The notes below the pieces were generated by a model. The model was not told the origin of the DNA and searched no databases. It saw only the letters and a program-made list of their open reading frames with translations. From the human T2T-CHM13v2.0 reference genome, Homo sapiens, in NCBI RefSeq assembly GCF_009914755.1, contig NC_060925.1: DNA of 64,000 nt. One strand, written 5' to 3'. The first letter of the stretch is position 1. Each line of letters opens with the position of its first letter. This document shows, in pieces, positions 46,506 to 64,000 of this stretch. The position numbers were made by a program, and so were the translations under genes.

Positions 46506-46877
46506 CTTAAAAAAGATAAATGTTAACTTTCCCAAAGGTCAGATAATCCTTTAAATATAAAGATTATTTATATCACAATCATTTTTGCGATTTATTAAAT
46601 TTAATTTTTATCTTCCCATATACCCTACACTTTGGCCAGAGTAGATTACTTGCTACCCAAATAAATTCTGTACTTCTCTGCATCCAGAGCTTGGCACATT
46701 GTGTACTGTATTGCCTCTGCTGTCACATTCTTCAAATGTGAGACCTCTCTCAATTCAGCCTACCATCAATTAGATATACTGATGAGTCTTCTTTGTGAAT
46801 TGTTAATTCCTGTTTCTCTCCCCATTAATTTACTAGAATTAGTGCTTTCCTCATCGCTTTTAATAAATTCTCTTTTC

Positions 46878-47066
46878 TATTATCCAATATGGTGACCTTG
46901 GCAATATGTGGCTATTTAAATTTAAGTTAATTAAATGAAATAAAAATTTCAGTTCATCCGTTGCAAAAGTCACATTTCAAATGCTTAATGGCCGTGTGTG
47001 ACTAGTGATCACCATATTGGACAGTGCATACACAGAACATTTTCATGATTACAGAAAGTTCTATTG
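46878..47066. mobile_element. MER3-like hAT-Charlie relic
   Basis: tccaatatgg...atgtggctatttaaatttaa...ccatattggacagtgca...cagaaagttctattg. Confidence 0.7.
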
Positions 47067-47269
47067 CTCTATAAAATATCACACACACTGCAAAGTTTAC
47101 CAGTTTGTTGTGCAAAGGTCTCTGGATATTAAATTTAAAGCACTGCGTGTGATATGAGAAAATTACTGTAGGATATACACCTAGTTACACAGTTCAGTTC
47201 AGACAAGATTAACCACCTTGTAGAATCTTTATAAAAGACAAGCCAAGCCAGGCCAGGCACAGTGGCTCA

Positions 47270-47824
<555 letters not shown>

Positions 47825-48694
47825 CTAACATAGCTCACTGCACCCTCAAACTCCTGAGCTCAAGGGATTCTCCCACCATAGCCTCCCAGGTAGCTGAGAC
47901 TATAGGCGCCTACCACCACACCTGGCTATTTTTTTTTTTTTTTGGTAGAGATGAGTGTCCCAATGTTTCCCAGGCTGTGCCTGAACTCCTGGCCTCAAGC
48001 AATCCCCCCACCTTGGCCTCTCAAAGTGCTGAGATTACAGGCATCAGCCACTGTGCCCACCCTACACCAAGCATTTAAAAAACATATTTCCCAATTCTCA
48101 CTGTATTACCCATTCAAGGAATTCTATCTTTAGAAATAGGAAAAAAAAAAAAAAAAAAAAAGGTGGGGGGGAATAGTCTGGTAAAAGGTTAGTGTACTCT
48201 ACACTGAGAATGGTCAAGTTCAAATCCACTTCTGTCATTTATTATCTATGTGATGCTGGAAAAACATATTAACTTCCCTTTGTCTTTGTCTAAAATGGAT
48301 AATACAGGGCTGTTGAGAGGATTAAATGAATTATTTAAAACCACTAGATACATATTAAGATTTCAGTAAATGTTCATTATTTTTTTTTTAGGTTACTCTT
48401 ACTATTTGACTCTATTTCTCTAAATTAAATGTAGAGTGGTCTCTAGAGTTGGCCTTCATCTCTGTGATTCTAGTAAAAATACAATAAAATATAAAATAAG
48501 TAAAATAAAAAATATAAACTAATCAAATCTTTAAATGAACAAAGTGGTATTATAACGTGATTGGTTATGACATGACACTGGCTATAAATACAATTTACAA
48601 AAGCTATACAGTATTCACTTTAATATACATTTGTTAAATGAATTACCAAAATGCCAAGATTAGTCTAAGAAGTAAGGAACAAAAAAGGTCCTAC

Positions 48695-48895
48695 CTTGTC
48701 AATAATGGACTGCATATGAGATTTGTGAGACTGGTCTCCATAAAGCAAAGAGGACCACTGGTCCGGTGCAATTCGTAAGCCTGCTTCCATAGCAATCTGC
48801 ACTATCTGGGAGTCATGTTCTCGCCGCAGAGCTTCATAGGTTCTAAATTCTTCTTTCAGCTGCATCAAAGAAGAGTCTTCATCACGTTTGGTGAC
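48695..48895 (-). CDS. RC3H1: Coding exon 5 (201 nt), ROQ domain VTKRDEDSS...SIIDK
   Basis: ORF track plus AG/GT boundaries. Confidence 0.98.
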
Positions 48896-49135
48896 CTAAT
48901 AAGACACAAATAATCTCATAATGAAGTCAAAAAAATGAGTTTATGCTTTATACGAACATATAATTTTTAATGTAACAAATTTAGCATCAACAGCAAGATT
49001 AAATGAATATACCATTTGCCTGCAAAATACTTTCTCCTTAACTTGTTGAGGTAGGTATATTGCTATCATCCCATTCTGAGTCAAGTTGGATTTAGGCCAA
49101 CATTTTCTGGATAGGTCTTTCAGAAAGAATAAATA

Positions 49136-49333
49136 CAGGCTGAGAATCTCTTACCCAAAATGCTTGGGCCAGAAGTGTTATCAGATTTCAGATTTTTTCA
49201 AATTTTAGAATATCTGCATTAAACCACTTGAGCATCCTTACTCTGAAAATCTGAAATGCCCCAATGAGCATGTGAGCATCATGTTGGTGTTCAAAAAGTT
49301 TTGGATTTTGGATTTTTGTATAGTCAATCTGTA
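49136..49333. mobile_element. Tigger4a (MER46A-like) MITE
   Basis: TA-flanked caggctgagaatctc...aaaatgcttgggccagaagtg...caatctg. Confidence 0.7.
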
Positions 49334-50612
49334 TGTGCTGGAATGAAATCCAAAGATTTGACATACTTTAACATATACATTCAGTTTAAGGTGTATGTGT
49401 GTGTATATGTATTTTTGAAAAGAAAAAAATACTAATACAATTCTATATTCTGAAAAACAATATGTTTCTTCTCCATAAATGTGGATTATGACTCTTGGGA
49501 TTGCCTGACAATGAGCTAGGTGGGACTGATGACTGTAGAGCTTCAGATGCTGGTGTAATTCTAAAAATGATTTAATTTGTACTTGGCTTAATTCTTCATG
49601 GAGTTTTGTGGGATGGGCTACTACCAGAAAGTGTAAAGTGTGAGATGCTAGACTAGAATAATCATAATGATTATGATTAGAAGGCTGGAGGCAGGAGAAT
49701 TGCTTGACCCAGAAGGCAGAGGATGCAGTGAGCCAAGACTACACCACTGCACTCCAGCCTGGGCGACAGAGCAAGACTGCATCTCAAAAAAAAAAGTCAG
49801 AAAAATAATACTGGATGTACAATAAATGATACATAGTGAGTAGCAATGTTTGAGGCGGTGCTTATTCAATTTGGGATAAGAGACTATGTCCAGCATTACC
49901 ATATAAACTGAAATGGCAAATGGAACTTCATTATTGTATATGTGGAATTACACTAGGAGAAAATCTCTGAATAAAATTTATTTGGCTGGGCGCGGTGGCT
50001 CACGCTTGTAATCCCAGCACTTTGGGAGGCTGAGGCGGGCAGATCACCTGAGGTCAGGAGTTCGAGACCAGCCTGGCCAACATGGCGAAACCCCGTCTCT
50101 ACCAAAAATACAAAAAGTAGCCAGGTGCAGTGGCCCTGCCTATAATCCCAGCTACTCGGGAGGCTGAGACAGGAGAATCGCTTGAACGCAGGAGGTGGAG
50201 GTTGCAGTGAGCCGAGATCGTGCACTGCACTCCAGCCTGGGCGACAGCAAGACTTTGTCTCAAAAAAATAAAAATAAATAAATAAAATTTATTTGTGCTT
50301 CAATAACTCTCTCTTCAGACCAATTCTGCACAGTCTTGGTAAGAAATTGATATAGTTTCTTAGTCTCTTCAAATACAAAAATCTATAAACCTTGACTTGA
50401 TCTATGTTGTTCAATATTGAACATACAAAAATTCAATATAATAGTATTTAACTATAATAAGACCCCATCTACATTCTTTAAAAGAATAAAGAAAAATTGC
50501 TGAGATTTTCTGAAAAGATACAGGCAACTTTATTAAACTCAAAGTTTTACTACTTAACTTTGGGGAAAGAACAATATTTCCTTTCAAGCTGAGCTTTAAT
50601 GTAGGTTCATAC

Positions 50613-50788
50613 CTTGAAACAGGAGGCTCTATAAAGGAGCTGAACAACATGCCCAATGCTAGTTTTAGAGGCTTGAGGAAACCGTGGCTCCAATCTTTGC
50701 ACCACAAACAGAACCAATACTTTTCTTGACAAAGCAGAACCATCTTCTAAGGCCAGCAGAACCAACTTTAAAGCTTCCTCCTGCATTG
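50613..50788 (-). CDS. RC3H1: Coding exon 4 (176 nt), ROQ domain; contains M199 (sanroque position, codon 50784-50786)
   Basis: [11 protein letters not shown]...RASCFK; TAG acceptor, GTATGA donor; residue count gives M199. Confidence 0.98.
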
Positions 50789-51303
50789 CTAGGGAAAGTT
50801 GGGCAAAACCAAAATTTATCAAGTACATAGATAAGATAAATCCATTTATTAGAAGGGGAATATTTAATCATTTCTGCAGCTATTCAATTAACTGGCAATA
50901 CAGTTAAGATTAACCAGCAACACACTTTTACACCATTTTTGTGAGCAATTTTGTATTACATTCTATATATTTTATAAAGAAAACAGATAAAGTGATTAAT
51001 AAATTTAAGAAAAACTTCTATCAAAATGAATGAACTTCCTGCTACAGGTGTGAAAAAAAGGAAAAATCAAAAAATTAAAAAAAGAAACAACTTTTGGCAT
51101 TAAGAGAAAAGTTTTAAGTTCACTAAGTTCACCTAGTAAGTCCACTAAGTTACATGGAATTGCCCAAGCCATGAACATCAAACAAGATATTAGTTGGTAA
51201 CAATAAAATACTGCAAAGAACTAGGCTTTGTACATCACTTATAATTCCTACATCATACTTTTAGAATTACCAGCAGAATAAATACCAAAAGTTAATTATG
51301 TAC

Positions 51304-51543
51304 CTGGTCCAAGGAACTGGCATCCCCTAGCCCTTACTGCTGCCCAAAGATTGGAAGAGAGTTGCTGAGGATTCTGGTGCTGGAGAATGAGCTCTGTAAC
51401 TGTTCGTTCACCTAAAGATCGAGCTGCCCTCATGGCACGAATCCTGCCTTCTTCTTCTACTAGTTGACAGTGGACTAGAGTCACAAGCTTCCTCTGCATT
51501 GGGCGACTCAGAACACTCTGAGTAGTGCTGTTCAGACCCACTC
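51304..51543 (-). CDS. RC3H1: Coding exon 3 (240 nt), VGLNSTTQ...CQFLGP, HEPN-N into ROQ
   Basis: ORF 51296..51541; AAG acceptor, GTACAT donor. Confidence 0.98.
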
Positions 51544-52384
51544 CTTTAAAAGAGTAAAGAAGTTATTCCTAGGTTCACAATGCGATTTTACAGTCCAGGA
51601 GCAATTCTTCTGTTGGGTTAACTTGTGGGTATGTGACTAGTTCTGGGACTACTAGAGTATTTAAAATAAGCAACAAATAAAACCACACATGTAAAGCTTA
51701 CTTAAGTATACATTTTTAAAGTATACAAATGTATACATGAGTTATCTCATGTGCACTTAGCATTCATTATGACATTAAATATACCATTACTCATTTTAAT
51801 CATAGAGGAAGAAAGAAAAAAGGACTAGACAACATTGATAATTAGTTTATAATGTAAATCTTGAAGTCCTAAGAGTTCTGGTATATTATTTCACAGTGGT
51901 TAACCTTATTTTCCTAATTAAATAGCAAGCCCTTTCTGTGCAGTAATGGCAACTTCCGTATTCATTATACCGCCTATAGCATAGCATATAAAACTGGATA
52001 GAAGGCAAACCATTCAGAATTGTCAAATGATGGAAAGCACTGCTGAAGTAAGTAGTTATATTTGCTATTATCATCATTCGAATAATGTTTCCATCATCAC
52101 ATAAACTAAAAATTCACTATTTTATTTGATGTGGTTTGTGTCATGATATTTAGCACAAAATGAGTTTAGTTTACAATAGATAAATTTCATTAACATTTGC
52201 TTAATAGCTCACAATTTTTATGGTAACAAGTCTCTTTAGTAGACATTTACTTAGTATGGATAATTGCATCAAATTTACCTCTAGTTAGGTTTTTTGGGAA
52301 TTCCTCAGGACTTATATAGGATTATGTACTGAGTATTTAAAAAAGCAGTTTTACTCTTTAAATAAGAAACAAAAACAAACTTAC

Positions 52385-52505
52385 CTCTAGCACTGCTGAG
52401 CGGTTTTAAGTACAATGCTAATTCTTCTACACATTTCTTGGCTTCCTCATAATGCTTTGTGTCTTCAACCCCACTACACAAAGTAATAGGCTGCTGCTCA
52501 GGGAC
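52385..52505 (-). CDS. RC3H1: Coding exon 2 (121 nt), [10 protein letters not shown]...PLSSAR, HEPN-N
   Basis: Translated by hand (absent from ORF track); CCAG acceptor, GTAAGT donor. Confidence 0.97.
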
Positions 52506-52679
52506 CTGGAGGCCAAAAGAAAAGATCTGTATGAGTGCTCAATTCATTAATTGTTTTATTTAGTATAGTTTATGCACTCATAATGCTGACACTGGTAACA
52601 TCAAAACCCCCACTAAATTTACTGAATTCTTTCAAAAGATCTTTCCTATTAACATGTATCTTTGCATTCCTTTGTTTTG

Positions 52680-59720
<7,041 letters not shown>

Positions 59721-60019
59721 GGAGAAATTGGTGATTATATATTTTAAAGTCTAATTTATTTTTTCTTTTTCCTTTTAGATGAAAGGAAAATTTGGGAAAA
59801 TTTTATTTTTTTTATTGTGATAATATATACATAACACAAAATTTACCATCCCAACCATTTTTAGGTTTATAAAGCATTAAGTGTGTTCTAATGGTTCCCA
59901 AATGTTGTGCTATAGTTTTTGTCACCTTTCTCATCTTTCATTTCAGTTAATGTCTACTGAGTAAAACTGCCTGAAGCAGCTGCACCTTCTCTACTGAGTA
60001 AAGTGCAGTGGTTTTATGA

Positions 60020-60394
<375 letters not shown>

Positions 60395-60588
60395 TAGGTT
60401 TATTGAATATCTGACAAGATTAAATGGATGTTACTGTACTATGACTAAAAAGCACTGGACTACCACAATAAATCTAACATGCTGAAATAAAGGATTTACA
60501 GTACCAAACAGAATTATACCTATTTAAATAGAAGGCAATGTTACCCAATTTTAATTCAACAGGTTTCTCTCAGGAGAAAAACACGCAC

Positions 60589-60590
<2 letters not shown>

Positions 60591-60640
<50 letters not shown>
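60591..60640. repeat. Compound microsatellite (CA)16(GA)9
   Basis: Read directly. Confidence 0.97.
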
Positions 60641-60641
<1 letters not shown>

Positions 60642-60676
60642 GGAGAAATTTAAAAGTATTAAGTCACCCATCCTAC

Positions 60677-60907
60677 CTGAGCACCCACGAGCTGCAGCAA
60701 TGCTGAGTTCACAGGGAGGAGCTCAATGTCTGTATTGATAGTGGTCTGGTCAAATGGGCAAGCCTTGCGGTGGAGTTTATTCAGGCACATCTTGCAGACA
60801 GTATGGCCACAACCCAAACTGATGGGCTTTCGAATTGTTTCGTCGAAAGTCTGAGTGCAAATTGGGCAGGAGAGGAAATCCGTCCATTGTGGAGCTTGTA
60901 CAGGCAT
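60677..60907 (-). CDS. RC3H1: Coding exon 1, aa 1-77, RING finger
   Basis: [21 protein letters not shown]...CGHTVCKMC...CPFD...VGAQ; donor CAG|GTAGGA. Confidence 0.99.
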
Positions 60908-61057
60908 TGCTTCTGGAGTTACAATTCACGAACACAAACACACACACAAATCTAAAGCAAAGATTCCACTGGAATCAAAATCTTTGAAAAAAAGTTTATC
61001 TTTTTTTTTTTTAAATATCTTCTGTAGATACAGTCAGCACATAGTGTGAAATATAAC
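60908..61057 (-). other. RC3H1: 5'UTR part (150 nt) of the first coding exon
   Basis: Strong acceptor TTTTTCTTTATTTTCAG ending at 61058 on the minus strand; ATG at 60907. Confidence 0.85.
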
Positions 61058-61449
61058 CTGAAAATAAAGAAAAAGGAAAAAAATTGAGTGTCTTTCTTTT
61101 CAATTAAACTGTTGAAAAAGAACCACAAGTCCAGTCTTATTCCACAACTTTTTATACCACATTTGTATCACTGTAATCCATCTTTTTACACTTTTACAGA
61201 ATTAGAGCCATGATAGAACATCTATTTCCATTCCCTCATTTTAGAGATGGGAAGTAGTCCCCTGCCTAAGAGGAAACTTGAAGTTAATAATAAAGTTCCA
61301 TCCAGGACCCTAGTCTCTTAAGTTTATCTAAGTCTTTTTTTTTTTTTGAGACGGAATTTCGCTCCTGTTGCCCAGGCTGGAGTGCAATGGTGCAACCTCC
61401 GTCTCCTGGGTTCAAGCGATTGTCCTGCCTCAGCTTCCCAAGTAGCTGA

Positions 61450-62000
<551 letters not shown>

Positions 62001-64000
62001 TTACTGAACAAGACATAAATAACTTTTGACAGCCAGGCGCGGTGTCTCAGGTTTGTAATCCCAGCGCTTTGGGAGGCTGAGGCGGGTGGGTCACTTGAGG
62101 TTGGGAGTTCAAGACCAGACTGGCCAACATGGTGAAACCCCGTCTCTACCAAAAATATAAAAAATTAGCCAGGTGTGGTGGTGCATGGCTGTAATCCCAG
62201 GAACTCGGGAAGCTGAGTAAGGAGAATTGCTTGAACCCAGGAGGTGGAGGTTGCGGTGAGCCGAGATCCGCCACTGTACTCCTGCCTGGGCGACACAGTG
62301 AGACTCCATCTCAAAACAAACAAACAAACAAAACTTTTGACAACATAAGAATATTTTAAAAGTAGAAACAATTTATATAAACATATGTTTCCTCTGTATT
62401 TATACCACAATCTTGACAGACTCATACAAATTTTTCAGGCTGGGTGTGATGGCTCATGCCTATAATTCCAGCACTTTCAGAGGCTGAGATGGGAAGACTG
62501 CTTGAGCCCAGGAGTTTGAGACCAGCCTAGGTAACATAGGGAGACCCTGTCTCTACAAAAATTAGCCAGGCGTGGTGGCATGCACCTGTGGTCCCAGCAA
62601 CCCAGGAAGCTAAGGGCTAAGGTAGGAGGATCGCTTGAGCCCAGGAGTTTGAGGCTGCAGTGAGCTACGAACATGTGACTGCACTCCAGCCTGGGTGACA
62701 GAGCAAGACCCCATCTCAAAAAAAAAAAAAAAAAAGAAAAAAGAAACCTTATTCCATTCCCAGGAAAAATTTAATTTAGTTAAATGACAAAAAAATGTTT
62801 TATTGGTCTTTACTATGTGTTCAGTACTAACGATAAAAAAAAGATAAGTCATTCTAAGTCCACATGGAGCTTGCACTGTTTCTTTCACTAAACATATAAA
62901 CAGCAATCACATAACTAAATATATAATTGCAAGTTATGGTAAGTGATATGTAGGTAAAGTACAGGGAGATACAAGCATATATAACAGAAGCAACCTGACC
63001 AAATTAGGGTGGAGCTGATGTACAGGTAAGTGATATTTATGGTAAGATTTTAAAGATGACTGCTGAACGAAAGTTAAGGGAAGAATAATGTTTAATATGT
63101 GTGGTATAGATTCTAGGTAAAGAAACAGCATAACCATAGATTCTGAGACTAGATAGAATATAGTAGAGATGAGGCCAGGCATGGTGGCCCACACCTGTAA
63201 TCCCAGCACTTTGGGAGGACGAGACAGGTGGATCACCTGAGGTCAGGAGTTTGAGACCAGCCTGACCAACATGGAGAAACCCCGTCTCTACTAAAAACAC
63301 AAAATTAGCCAGGCATGGGGGCACAATGCATGTAATCTCAGCTACTTGGGAGGCTGAGGCAGGAGAATGGTGTGAACCTGGGAGGCAGAACTTGAAGTGA
63401 GCCAAGATTGTGCCACTGCATTCCAGCCTGGGTGACAGAGCAAGACTCCATCTCAAAAAAAAAAAAAAAGAAAAAGAAAAAAAGAATTAGCAAGGACCAA
63501 AGAACACAGGATCTTCTAACTTATATGATGGTATTTGGTTACTATATGAAGAGTAGTGTAAAGCCACTGAAGGGGCAGGAGGTGACTCACTTTATTGTTT
63601 TCAATGTTCTCCTGTGATATTATTCTCACCAATCACACACAGTCCACTATGATCTCCTTCAAGGCTCAACTAGGAAGAGTAACAACTATATGTCTTTTCT
63701 CACTCTTGGGCCCTAAAGCACTCATATGCTGCTACACCAGCATGATGCTTACTTTAAGAAAACCTGATATGTAAAAATATGGAAAACAGATTGATTACAG
63801 TGATTGTCCATATTACAGAAAGATAATAAACTTTACCAAGGTATTTATAATAAGATTTAAAAGACCAGAAATCGATGCAATTGAAAAAATTGGGCTGGGT
63901 GTGGCGGCTCACGCCTGTAATCCCAGCACTTTGGGAGGTCGAGTTGGGCAAATCACCTGAGGTCAGGAGTTTGAGACCAGCCTGGCCAACATGGTGAAAC

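Overview
Human intron-rich, Alu-dense genomic DNA containing almost the whole RC3H1 (Roquin-1) gene on the minus strand. I traced 19 coding exons by hand from the ATG at 60907 to the TAA at 6922-6924. All have GT-AG boundaries, and they sum to 3402 nt = 1133 aa + stop (RING, HEPN/ROQ, CCCH zinc finger, Pro-rich region, C-terminal coiled coil). About 6.9 kb of 3'UTR occupies positions 1-6921 and probably continues past the window edge. The promoter and first non-coding exon are not in the window. Introns hold more than 50 Alus (including a human-specific AluYb), L1, L2, MIR, LTR and DNA-transposon relics, and a retroposed 5S rRNA pseudogene. The most notable observations are: (1) three copies of the Roquin-binding CDE core UUCUGUGAA in Roquin's own 3'UTR, two of them as 7-bp stem-loops and one lying in the cleavage zone of a candidate proximal poly(A) signal (autoregulation possibly coupled to alternative polyadenylation); (2) three in-frame alternative splice sites and a minimal uORF; (3) a near-perfect 159-bp templated duplication bracketing a coding exon, plus an older 54-bp one; (4) an anonymous 1.7-kb insert flanked by a target-site duplication that splits an L1MA; (5) an Alu with a twin-priming-type 5' inversion. 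There is no evidence of a novel protein-coding system; the other ORFs in the track are Alu-derived or antisense artefacts.
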